This document shows, piece after piece, positions 1 through 9,300 of a stretch of 64,000 bases of DNA. Each line of letters begins with the position of its first letter. Positions within the stretch are counted from its first letter, which is position 1. The DNA comes from Gemmatimonadota bacterium (GTDB lineage: Bacteria; Gemmatimonadota; Gemmatimonadetes; Gemmatimonadales; Gemmatimonadaceae), in contig JAZJZK010000013.1 in assembly GCA_040389905.1 (NCBI GenBank), forward strand, positions 19,651-83,650, written 5' to 3'. The position numbers were made by a program, and so were the translations under genes. The notes beneath the pieces were generated by a model. It worked only from the letters and a program-made list of their open reading frames with translations, was not told where the DNA came from and did not search any database.

Positions 1-450
1 CCGCTCCGGCGCCATGTAATGTGATGGTGCCACCGTGCGGACGTCCGTCGTCATCTCGCGATCCTCGGCCTCCCATTTCGCGCGGCCGCCGTCGAGGATT
101 CGTGCGTCCTTGAAGCCGAACAGCTGGAAGACCCATAACGCGTAGGTGGCCCACCAATTGTTCTTGTCTCCGTAGAAAACGACCGTACTCGATTCGTCGA
201 TGCCGAGCCGGCGGACGAGGGCCTGGAACTCGTCGCGCGAGACGTAATCGCGCTCGAGCTGATCGTTCAGGTCAGTATGCCAGTCGATCTTGAGGGCACC
301 GGGAATGTGGCCCATGTCGTAGAGGAGGACGTCTTCGTCGCTTTCGAGAATGCGAACGGCGTCGTCGTCGAGGTGCTCTGCCAGCCATTGTGTGCTGACG
401 AGCGCTTCGGGATGCGCATACTGCTTTGCCTGGATTTCCTGGTCTGTCAT
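1..450 (-). CDS. Sulfurtransferase (rhodanese, SseA/CysA-like); 3' end runs off the window
   Basis: Manual translation from ATG at 450: [27 protein letters not shown]...YDMGHIPGA...[23 protein letters not shown]...[13 protein letters not shown] overlap with the upstream hydrolase stop. Confidence 0.9.
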   Translation of the reverse strand, partial: MTDQEIQAKQYAHPEALVSTQWLAEHLDDDAVRILESDEDVLLYDMGHIPGALKIDWHTDLNDQLERDYVSRDEFQALVRRLGIDESSTVVFYGDKNNWWATYALWVFQLFGFKDARILDGGRAKWEAEDREMTTDVRTVAPSHYMAPER

Positions 451-1346
451 GGTCGCTCGTGCAGTGTGCTGTTGAGGGGTATTGAACGTATCCGTTCAGT
501 CGGCAGCGGGTTCTCGCGGCCCAACCCGTGACGAACCTCGGACATCGGATCGCGGGTCGCGCGCGGGAGTCGATCGATCCAATCGAGCATGACGCGTGCT
601 TGCTCCTCCCATCCGGGCTCGCCGAAGAGGAAGTGCCCATGGCCGCGCGCCACGTGCAGTGGCGATCCATACTTGCGGGCGACGTGGTCCGCCACCCGAA
701 GGGACATGAAGCGGTCGTGCTCGCAGCCGACGACGAGCATGGGGCATCTGACCGCGCGTGCGGGAACCTTGAAGACTCCCAACGCGATCTGGCGCGCCGC
801 GCGGCCACTGTCGGCGACGAGCCGCGTCCGAATGGCCTTGCGGTCGGTTGCCGCGACGCGGTTCAGGAGGAGCGCGTCGAGATCGCGATCGTTGGGAAGA
901 AAGGGACGGGAGAGCAGGAAGGCGGGGAGATAGTTCATCATCCGCGCGATGAGCCGCGGCGTAAAAACGCTGATGCCGCGAGCGGGGGCCGGTGAGATGA
1001 GGACCGCTGCCCGCGTGAGATTGCGTCCGTTCATCATCAGCGCGAGCAGCCCACCCAGGGAGTGACCGATGACGATTGGCCGATCGAGCTGGCGCGCGGC
1101 GGTGGCGGCATCCCGTCCGAAGTCGGTGAGGGACTGCCGGCCAATCGAAGCGAGGACGTCGTTCGGCGGATGGCCCCGATACGACAGCGCGAATGCGGGG
1201 TACCCGCGCGCAGCAATGAGCGGCAGGAGCTTCTGGAAAAACCAGCTGCCGGTAAACATGCCGGGCAAGCACAACACGTTGGCGCCCGTCGGGTTCACGG
1301 GGCTGACGGTATCGAGGTGAAGTGGTGGAGCGGGCGTTGCCGGCAT
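447..1346 (-). CDS. Alpha/beta hydrolase
   Basis: GHSLGG nucleophile elbow, D (EHDRF) and H (GHGH) triad candidates. Confidence 0.85.
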   Translation of the reverse strand: MPATPAPPLHLDTVSPVNPTGANVLCLPGMFTGSWFFQKLLPLIAARGYPAFALSYRGHPPNDVLASIGRQSLTDFGRDAATAARQLDRPIVIGHSLGGLLALMMNGRNLTRAAVLISPAPARGISVFTPRLIARMMNYLPAFLLSRPFLPNDRDLDALLLNRVAATDRKAIRTRLVADSGRAARQIALGVFKVPARAVRCPMLVVGCEHDRFMSLRVADHVARKYGSPLHVARGHGHFLFGEPGWEEQARVMLDWIDRLPRATRDPMSEVRHGLGRENPLPTERIRSIPLNSTLHERP

Positions 1347-1454
1347 TACGTCGTACTATCGGCATCGCGCGCCCGTGAAGCAATGCCTCGCGCGGGAGGG
1401 ACACGATGAGCGTTCGCAGGTTAGAATGCCAATTCACCCATCGTCACTGGTTTC

Positions 1455-1793
1455 GTGAAGTCGTCGCCGATTACGCCCGCGTCAATGCTCGAGCCATACG
1501 CACACCACGTCCTGGTTTGCGTCGGCGGCTTTTGCTCGCCGAACCGCGAGGGGAGAATGCTCTATGCGGAGCTGGCTCGGCTGTTACAACGCGAAGGGCT
1601 GTTGTTTGGCCCACGCCGGGTCAAGCGCGGCGAAACGCCCTGCCTCGGCGTCTGCGTGGGCGGGCCGATCGTGGTGGTGTACCCGGAGGGCGTGTGGTAT
1701 GCGGGTGTGACGCCTGAGTTGCTCGAGCGGATCGTGGTCGATCATCTCAAGGGCGGAAAGGTGGTGGAGGAGGCGGTATTCTTCCGCCTCTGA
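1455..1793 (+). CDS. Thioredoxin-like [2Fe-2S] ferredoxin
   Basis: HVLVC...C, CLGVCVGGP-IVVVYPEGVWY motif. Start may be the downstream ATG (MLEPY). Confidence 0.85.
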   Translation: MKSSPITPASMLEPYAHHVLVCVGGFCSPNREGRMLYAELARLLQREGLLFGPRRVKRGETPCLGVCVGGPIVVVYPEGVWYAGVTPELLERIVVDHLKGGKVVEEAVFFRL

Positions 1794-1835
1794 ACAGCGG
1801 TGGCCGGTGTCGGGTTTCGCAGCGCCGGACTCAGA

Positions 1836-1967
1836 TGTGACAGGTGCTCAGTAGCCAGCCGCAGCTGACAGAGCAACAGGGGGTGTGGCGTACCAAGGGC
1901 GATGCGCCAGAGCGCCACACCCCCTGACATTCTGTTGGCTGCGGCTGATCACTGAGCACCTGTCACA
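1836..1967. repeat. Long imperfect inverted repeat (fold-back element); another copy at ~21030-21111
   Basis: 1836-1852 is the exact reverse complement of 1951-1967; 1877-1890 is the exact reverse complement of 1913-1926. Confidence 0.85.
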
Positions 1968-2030
1968 GCCGATGCGTGGCGCACTGAACACCTCACACGC
2001 CGGGCCTTGCCACGCCCCCAACAACCCCCC

Positions 2031-2315
2031 ATGATGAACGCTGTGCCCGACGACTCCATTCTCTTCTCCCGCTTGCTTCCCCACGGCCCCGCCGTTCGCG
2101 TGCGTCGCACCTCCGACGCCGGTGTCACCCCCGTCACTGCCGTCCTCGAGGTCGATCGCCGCGCCGGCACGCCGCGCGAGCACGAGGGAGGGTTCCCTCC
2201 GCCCCTCATGATCGCCGAGGGCAAGTCCGAGGCTGACGTGCTCGCTGCGCTCGAACCGCAGGCGCGCGATGACCGTTTCGTTGCCGGGCTGATGCGAGAG
2301 AAGGGCCTGCGCTAG
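2031..2315 (+). CDS. Hypothetical protein
   Basis: Codon-biased ORF ending convergently with the HNH gene. Confidence 0.6.
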   Translation: MMNAVPDDSILFSRLLPHGPAVRVRRTSDAGVTPVTAVLEVDRRAGTPREHEGGFPPPLMIAEGKSEADVLAALEPQARDDRFVAGLMREKGLR

Positions 2316-2611
2316 CGCTTCCGATCCAGCTCGTCGCGAACCGAACGCAGGATCCTCGGCCACACATGTGCGGCCGCGCGTACAAAGAAAGTCTTGTGCG
2401 CCACCGGATCACTCTGGAGAAAATCCGCGAGACGCAGGGCGCCTTTGCGAGCGTTGCACGCCCCACACGCCGTCACTAAGTTGCCCCCGGAGCGATCACC
2501 GCCGCGAACTCGCGGCTGCACATGGTCAATGGTGAGCGCCTCCGGCTCGAATCGCTCGCCGCAGTACACGCATTGGAACTCGTCGCGCGCGAAGATCTGC
2601 TCCCGTCGCAA
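2312..2611 (-). CDS. Small HNH endonuclease (McrA-like)
   Basis: IFARDEFQCVYCG...TIDHVQPRVRGG...NLVTACGACNARKG. TTG start with GGGAGA upstream. Confidence 0.9.
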   Translation of the reverse strand: MRREQIFARDEFQCVYCGERFEPEALTIDHVQPRVRGGDRSGGNLVTACGACNARKGALRLADFLQSDPVAHKTFFVRAAAHVWPRILRSVRDELDRKR

Positions 2612-2745
2612 TGAATTATCTCCCGTCCCGCCGCAATCTGTTCGAGGCTGCGCAGCGCTACCTGCTGGAACGCACCGAAGAGAACATCGACAAGGTCGCC
2701 GGTGATCCGCCGCGCCTGACTACCCAAGCCATCCAGAGTGTCCGC

Positions 2746-2925
2746 ATGTCCCGCTCCCGCGACCGAATTCTCGCCAACCTCGACGATATGTACCGCGAAG
2801 CCTTCGAGCGCGCCAAAGCAACGGGCGACGATGCCCAGATGGCCACGCTCGATTTCGCCTACCGCCGCGAACAGCTGTATTTCGAGATCCTGCTCGACGT
2901 CCGCGACGCCGTTGAGAAGCGGTAG
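2746..2925 (+). CDS. Small hypothetical helical protein
   Basis: MSRSRDRILANLDDMYREAF...; start placed at ATG 2746 to avoid overlap with the divergent HNH start. Confidence 0.6.
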   Translation: MSRSRDRILANLDDMYREAFERAKATGDDAQMATLDFAYRREQLYFEILLDVRDAVEKR

Positions 2926-2975
2926 CCGTTGCTGGAACTGCAGTCCAGCGCGTAAGCAAGCTGAATCTCGCCGGA

Positions 2976-3100
2976 ACATTGAAAGCGGATTGAGCGGGTC
3001 AAAAAACACGAAAGACTGATCAACCGCGAGATACTTCCTTGCCGGTCACGCAAGAAATCAGATCTTATCCGCTTCCATCCGCTCAATCCGCGTTCAATGT
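2976..3100. repeat. MITE-like element with ~24-bp terminal inverted repeats; related copy at 30770-30868
   Basis: ACATTGAAAGCGGATTGAGCGGGT (2976-2999) versus ATCCGCTCAATCCGCGTTCAATGT (3077-3100), 2 mismatches. Confidence 0.75.
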
Positions 3101-3116
3101 GCCGGCGAAAGAAGGA

Positions 3117-4073
3117 CTACCGCCCGAACAACGACCCCGTCGTCCCCTCACTCTCCGGCTTCGCCTGCGGCCACACGAGTGACGCGATGATCGACCCGGC
3201 CAGCACGACGACCACCACGCCGAGTGACAGCATGATCGGAATGTGGATCCAATGCTCGAGCAGCATCTTCGCTCCGACAAACGTGAGGATGAGCGCGAGG
3301 CCGTACTTGAGCAGGTAGAACTTCGTCACCACCGTCGCGAGCAGAAAGAACAACGAGCGGAGCCCGAGCACCGCAAAGATGTTCGAGGTGAAGACGAGGA
3401 AGGGATCGCGCGTGATCCCGAAGATGGCCGGAATCGAGTCGATGGCGAAGATGAGGTCTGTGGCCTCGACGAGCACAAGCACGAGCAGCAACGGCGTTCC
3501 GACGCGCTTGCCGTTCTCCACGGTGAAGAAGTGCTTGCCGTGGTACCCGCTCGTCATCGGCAGGAAACGACGTGTGAACTTCACGACGGGGTTCTGTTCA
3601 CCGTCGAATTCCTCGTCCTGCTTCGTGGCCATCCGGATGCCCGTGATCACCAGCAGCGCGCCGAAGATGTAGATGATCCATTCGAAGCGCGCGAGCAGCG
3701 CGGCACCCAGGCCAATGAAGAGGCCGCGCATGACGAGGGCACCGAGAATGCCCCAGAACAGCACACGGTGCTGGTGCTGCGCCGGAACGGCGAAGTACTG
3801 GAAGATCAGGACGATGACGAAGATGTTGTCGACACTGAGCGACTCTTCGATCACGTAGCCGGTGAGGAACGTCAGCGCACTCTGTCGGTCCACGAGCACG
3901 GCGAGCCCGGCGGCGAACGCCAGGGCGAGACCGACCCAGACGCTCGTCCACGTCAACGCCTCCTTCGCCCCAACGACATGCGGCGTGCGGTTGAAGACGC
4001 CGAGGTCCAGAGACAACATCGCGAGCACGAAGGCGATGAAACCCACCCAGAACCAGATGTTGGTTGCGATCAT
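3117..4073 (-). CDS. terC: TerC/Alx family membrane protein
   Basis: EESLSVDNIFV, QHRVLFWGILGALVMR, DLIFAIDSIPAIFGIT, FTSNIFAVLGLRSL. Confidence 0.93.
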   Translation of the reverse strand: MIATNIWFWVGFIAFVLAMLSLDLGVFNRTPHVVGAKEALTWTSVWVGLALAFAAGLAVLVDRQSALTFLTGYVIEESLSVDNIFVIVLIFQYFAVPAQHQHRVLFWGILGALVMRGLFIGLGAALLARFEWIIYIFGALLVITGIRMATKQDEEFDGEQNPVVKFTRRFLPMTSGYHGKHFFTVENGKRVGTPLLLVLVLVEATDLIFAIDSIPAIFGITRDPFLVFTSNIFAVLGLRSLFFLLATVVTKFYLLKYGLALILTFVGAKMLLEHWIHIPIMLSLGVVVVVLAGSIIASLVWPQAKPESEGTTGSLFGR

Positions 4074-4150
4074 GACGAAGGCTCGCTGGTGTGCGCCTGA
4101 AACGTCAAGCGCTCTTTCGCGCACCGCGTACCAATGCCACACTCTCAGGC

Positions 4151-5866
4151 ATGCCCATACGACGTATCCGCACCCTCGCCGCAATTCTCCTCGCCACCAT
4201 GTTCAACCGCAATTCCGCCGAATCGCAGAGCGAACCGGCCAACGCCCTTCGGCGCGCGCCGGCGCCGGTGACCGCCCTCGCGATCGTCAACGCCAAGGTC
4301 TGGACCGGCGACACTCGGCGGCCATGGGCCGACGCCGTCATGATCCGGGGCGAGCGAATCGAGGCGGTCGGTGCGAGCGCGGAAGTCCGGAAACGTGCCG
4401 GCAACGGAGTGAAGGTGATCGATGCAAAGGGGATGATGGTCACGCCCGGCTTCATCGACGCGCATGTGCATTTTCTCGATGGAGGCTTCGCGCTCGCGTC
4501 CGTTCAGCTTCGCGATGCGCCGACGAAGGCCGAGTTCATTCGTCGCATCAAGGCATTCGCCGCCACGATTCCCAAGGGTACGTGGATCCTGAACGGCGAC
4601 TGGGATCACACCAACTGGGGCGGCGAACTTCCCGAGCGCGCCTGGATCGATTCAGTGACGCCGGACAACCCGGTGTGGATCAACCGGCTCGACGGCCACA
4701 TGAATCTCGCGAATTCGCTCGCGCTCACGGCAGCGAAGATCACGCGTGACACGAAGGACGTTGCGGGAGGAACGATCGTCCGTGACGCGGCCGGCGAGCC
4801 AACCGGCGTCCTCAAGGACAATGCACAAGACCTGATGTCGAAGGCGGTGCCCGATCCGAGCATGGAGATGAACCTGCGGGCGCTGGATGCCGCGATGACG
4901 TACGTCGCCGAACGCGGCGTCACGAGCGTGCATCACATGGGTGGCTGGGGCGATCTCGCGGTATTCGAGCGCGCGCATCATGACGGGTCGCTCCGAACAC
5001 GGATTTCCGCGGCCGTTCCGCTCTCGACCTGGGCCCGGCTGCGCGACACCGTTGCCGCGCGCGGACGTGGCGATGAATGGCTGCACATCGGTGGGCTCAA
5101 GGGATTCGTCGATGGCTCGCTCGGCTCACACACCGCGGCGATGCTCGAGCCCTTCTCGGATGCGCCGTCCGATCGCGGGTTCTTCGTGAACACGGAACAG
5201 CATCTCTACGAATGGACGAGTGGCGCCGACAAGGCGGGGTTGCAAGTGATCGTGCATGCGATCGGCGATCGCGCGATTCGCACCCAACTCGACATTTTCA
5301 ATCGCGTCGCGATTGAGAATGCAGCCCATGAGAGACGATTCCGCATCGAGCACGCACAGCACATCGCACCGGCCGACATCGCGCGTTTCGGGAAGCTCGG
5401 CGTCATCGCCAGTATGCAGCCCTATCACGCGATCGACGACGGGCGGTGGGCGGAGAGGGTGATCGGCCATGAGCGCGCGAAGGGGACCTACGCGTTCAAG
5501 TCCTTGCTGGACCATGGCGCGACGTTGGCGTTCGGCAGCGACTGGTTCGTCGCGCCGCCGACGCCGCTGCTCGGCATCTACGCGGCGACCACGCGACGGA
5601 CGCTGGACGACAAGAATCCCAACGGATGGATTCCGGAGCAGAAGATCACCGTCGACCAGGGGTTGCGCGCCTATACCGCCGGAGGCGCCCGCGCGGGCTT
5701 TCAGGAGAAGGATGTCGGTGTGCTGCGGGCCGGTATGCTCGCGGATCTTGTTCTGATGGACCGGGATTTGACACGCATTCCTGTCGAGACGATCAGGGAT
5801 GTTCGTGTCATGCTGACCATGGTTGGTGGCCGGGTGATATTCGACCGTGACGGAATCGCGAGGTGA
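4151..5866 (+). CDS. Amidohydrolase family 3 (YtcJ-like), probably exported
   Basis: PGFIDAHVH, KGFVDGSLGS, HAIGD, RIEHAQ, FGSDW motifs. Confidence 0.92.
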   Translation: MPIRRIRTLAAILLATMFNRNSAESQSEPANALRRAPAPVTALAIVNAKVWTGDTRRPWADAVMIRGERIEAVGASAEVRKRAGNGVKVIDAKGMMVTPGFIDAHVHFLDGGFALASVQLRDAPTKAEFIRRIKAFAATIPKGTWILNGDWDHTNWGGELPERAWIDSVTPDNPVWINRLDGHMNLANSLALTAAKITRDTKDVAGGTIVRDAAGEPTGVLKDNAQDLMSKAVPDPSMEMNLRALDAAMTYVAERGVTSVHHMGGWGDLAVFERAHHDGSLRTRISAAVPLSTWARLRDTVAARGRGDEWLHIGGLKGFVDGSLGSHTAAMLEPFSDAPSDRGFFVNTEQHLYEWTSGADKAGLQVIVHAIGDRAIRTQLDIFNRVAIENAAHERRFRIEHAQHIAPADIARFGKLGVIASMQPYHAIDDGRWAERVIGHERAKGTYAFKSLLDHGATLAFGSDWFVAPPTPLLGIYAATTRRTLDDKNPNGWIPEQKITVDQGLRAYTAGGARAGFQEKDVGVLRAGMLADLVLMDRDLTRIPVETIRDVRVMLTMVGGRVIFDRDGIAR

Positions 5867-6283
5867 GTGCCGATGGGTTCGTCAGTGCATTGTGTCGCAG
5901 TGTTGCTCGCAGCGGCAATTACCGCGTGCGGCGCCCCGAAACCGTCGCGCGATACCGGAGGTGCCGCGACGGACAGTAGCGCGCAGTCGCGAATCGCCGC
6001 GCTGGAAGTGGAGGCGCGCGCGCTCGCTCGGCTCGATGGATGTGCGTCCGCGAACGAATGTCGTAGTGCACCGGTGGGTGAGCGTGCCTGTGGCGGGCCG
6101 CGCACCTACATCGTCTATTGCGCCGCGACGACGGATTCCGTCGCGCTCTTCAGGAAGCTCGAAGAACTGCGCCTGCTTGAAGTCGCTGCCAACACGAGCA
6201 GCAACGCCATGAGCACCTGCGAGTTCAGGCTGCCACCGATACCTGGATTCGAGGCGAAGCGCTGTCGAGCCCCGACTCCGTGA
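5867..6283 (+). CDS. Hypothetical Cys-rich lipoprotein
   Basis: Hydrophobic N-terminus with ITAC lipobox; C...C...GERACGGP...C pattern. Confidence 0.7.
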   Translation: MPMGSSVHCVAVLLAAAITACGAPKPSRDTGGAATDSSAQSRIAALEVEARALARLDGCASANECRSAPVGERACGGPRTYIVYCAATTDSVALFRKLEELRLLEVAANTSSNAMSTCEFRLPPIPGFEAKRCRAPTP

Positions 6284-6297
6284 TGCGGCGGTGGTCA

Positions 6298-6331
6298 AAA
6301 CGGAGCGCGGTGAATTCACCGCGCTCCGTTT
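6298..6331. terminator. Bidirectional terminator (perfect 34-bp palindrome)
   Basis: AAACGGAGCGCGGTGAATTCACCGCGCTCCGTTT between convergent genes. Confidence 0.75.
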
Positions 6332-6334
6332 CAG

Positions 6335-9300
6335 TTACTTCTTGATCGGCAGTCGTGACGGCGCTCGATTGCGAGCGGTTGGAATGGGTCGTCCACGCAG
6401 TTCGCTCGGCCCACCTCGCAACTCGCAGCCGACCTCCGCGGGAGCCTTGCCGTTGACGGTTCCACTTCCATTAAAGATCGGATAGGGATCGTCATCGGTG
6501 TAGCAGCTGCCGAAACGCACCGTGCCGTCTGCGCGCAGTGTTCCGCCCGTATCGAAGAACAGCGCCCCAGTCGTGGCGAGTGTTTTTCCGGCCGCGACTA
6601 CGAACGGACCGTTCGCGACCGCGAGGAAGGGGAATTCGCCACCACTCAAGGTCAGGTCACTCAGTAGCGAGACACCCGCATGGTTGTCGGCGTAGAGGCT
6701 CGCGATCGTGTTATTCACCGGATCGGCGAACTGCATGGTCTGCGCTTCACCGCCAACCATCGACACCTGATGCACGCCGGACGACTTGAACGCGATGGGA
6801 CCGCTGCCGTTGAGTTGCGTGAAGTTTCCGCCAACGTACAGCGCGCCGCCGGTGAACTGATACCCGGCAGATCCAGCGCCGCCAAAGGTGACGTGTGACG
6901 CGGCGTAAATCTCGCCATTCGCCAGCGATCCAGTGCCGTTGAACGATGTTGCGCCGTAAAGGTCGAGATACGAGCCGCCGTACATTTCGAGCCGTCCACG
7001 GATTTGAGCCTGACCGTCGATCTCCGTAGTGGAGTAGGGAAGGACAACGAGGCTGTCGCCCAGGAGGTCGGCATCGCCCTCCACGTAGAAATTCCCGCTG
7101 CCGGCAACCTTGACGAACGAGCCGGCGTTTCCGACCAGTCGTCCGGCGAGGGCATTTTCGACGATCGCGCCGCAGACCACCGTCATCAGGTCGTACGCAA
7201 ACGCATCACGCAAGTGGGCGTACTGCGGGCTCGCGCCACCACAGCTTCCTGCACCGACCGTCAACTTGTCGAAGATTCCTCGGATATCGACAGTCCCCTG
7301 CACGATCACCGTGCCGTTCCAGACGTACCCGCTGCCCTCGTAGTCGCTACGAGACTCGCTGGAGCGTCCGTTCAGTCGCCCTCTGGGCATGAGGGTTCCG
7401 CTGCGGACGGCAGTGCGGAATGACTCACCCTCGTACTCCGTTCCCCCCATGTCGATCGGTCCGGCCACCGTCAGTTGCTTGCCGTTGAGATCGATCTGTG
7501 AGCCGGCCGACATGTACAGTCCGCCGACCGTCTTGTTTGCGGCAAGCCTCGGCCATGGATTGCCGTAAAACGCGGCGATGTACGGCACGTCCGACGGCGA
7601 CGAGGGCGCGGTGGACGACATGTCCGACATGCGGATCCAGCTCTGCGCGCGGTCCCAGTCGTAATACGTTTCGGCGGTGCCGCCGAACCACACATGCGTC
7701 GCGGCGTACGGCACCGTCGTCACGAACGCTTTCGTCGAGAATTCGCTCGGCGTCGAGGCGGTGATCGTGCAACCAATCCTCATGCTGTCCGTCGTCACAG
7801 CGAGGGTAACAACGCCCGACGCGTTGGTGGTCGCTCCCCCGGGAAAGTTGCAGTCCTCGCGCTGGCCGGAGAACTGGACGCTGTAACCCGCCCCGACAGG
7901 CTGGTTGGACGCGGTCATCACGGTGAACGTGATAACCCCCTCCGCCACAGGCTGCCGAGGCAGGCGCGCGACGTAGAGGCCTGACGTCGTCACGATCGAC
8001 GCCGCGGCCGGTGTGCCCGTCGTGACCGTGAGCGGCCGAATGACGAACTTCGAGAGCGCAATGCTGTTGCCATCGGCGCTGCCAGCGGTCGTGATCGCCG
8101 TCGTCACCGATCCGGACTTCGATGCCTTCGGTAGCAGCGTCACGGTGAGAATCGTCGGCGAACCCGTCGAAAAACCGTCGTTGTCGAAGACGGAGACCGC
8201 GAGCCTGCCCGTCGACGTGTTGGCCGTGTTGACCGTGTACGACGGTCCTTCGCCAAAGGAGCCGTTTGTCCTGCTCACATAATCGAACTGTGTTGGATCC
8301 CAGGTGACGTCGAACGTCATCGAGGCGAGGTTCTGGCCCTGCGCGTTGGCCATATCGATGATGATGGGGATGGCCATGTTCGTCCCGATCGCGCCCGACG
8401 TACTCGGCGTCGCGCCGATGTTGACCGCGATGGAAACGGCGGGCGGCGCACCAACGTCGATGTTGGCCGAGACCACGCTGGTCAGACCCGACGCGGCGAA
8501 TTGTAGCGCAATCAGTCCTCTGCCGTTGATGCCAAGATTCGTGAACGTCGCGACGCCGTTGGCGTTGGTCGTCGCGGTCGCTACGCCGGTCACGCTGCTC
8601 TCGCCGCCGGTTGTCGTCGCGGTCACGACAATGCCGGGACTCGAGACAGGCGCGCCCGATGCGTCGGCGACCTGAATCACCGGCTGCGTAGTGAGCGCGA
8701 CTCCGCTCTGCGCAGTCGCTGGCGGCGCCGTCGCGATCACCAACTTGGACGCCGGCGCGGGTGTGATGTCGATGCTGTTCGAGATCGCGTCCACAAGACC
8801 GCCGCCGCTGAACCTGAGCGTGCGAGGCCCTGGAGTGCCCGTAATCCTGAGATCCGTGAATGTCACGCGGCCGTTCCCGTCAGGAGACGGGAAGCGCGAA
8901 CCCTCGAGCGTGCCGCCGCCAGACGCAATCACTGTGTTGAGTTCGATCCCGGCCTTCGTAACTGGGTTCCCCGCAGCGTCCGTGATCTGAAGAATCGGTT
9001 GCTGCGCGAAGACGACTCCACTTGCCGCTGTGGCGCTGGGCTGTGTGACGATCGCGAACTTCGACGCATCACCCGCCGTGACGGTGATGGAAGTACTACC
9101 AGACGAGGTGAGGCCGGGTCGATTGAACTGCAAGTTGCGAGAGCCGACCAGTGCGTTGATGGCCAGATCCGAGTAGGCCACAACGCCCTCGCCGTCGGTT
9201 GCGACATGCACGTTGCCGGACAGGCTGCCTTGCGGCAGCACCTCGGCGTCCACAATCAGGCCGGCAGTCCTGATCGGATTGCCGCCTGCGTCCACGATCT

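Noticed and set aside
2312..2611. IscB/Cas9-like or restriction system built on the HNH genes
   Set aside because: Both proteins are under 140 aa, with no RuvC motifs and no methylase or cas neighbours.
2611..2745. Divergent genes sharing base 2611 as first start base
   Set aside because: The + gene more plausibly starts at ATG 2746, leaving a normal intergenic gap.
4074..4150. yybP-ykoY (Mn) riboswitch upstream of terC
   Set aside because: The gap to the divergent gene is short and I see no matching structure.
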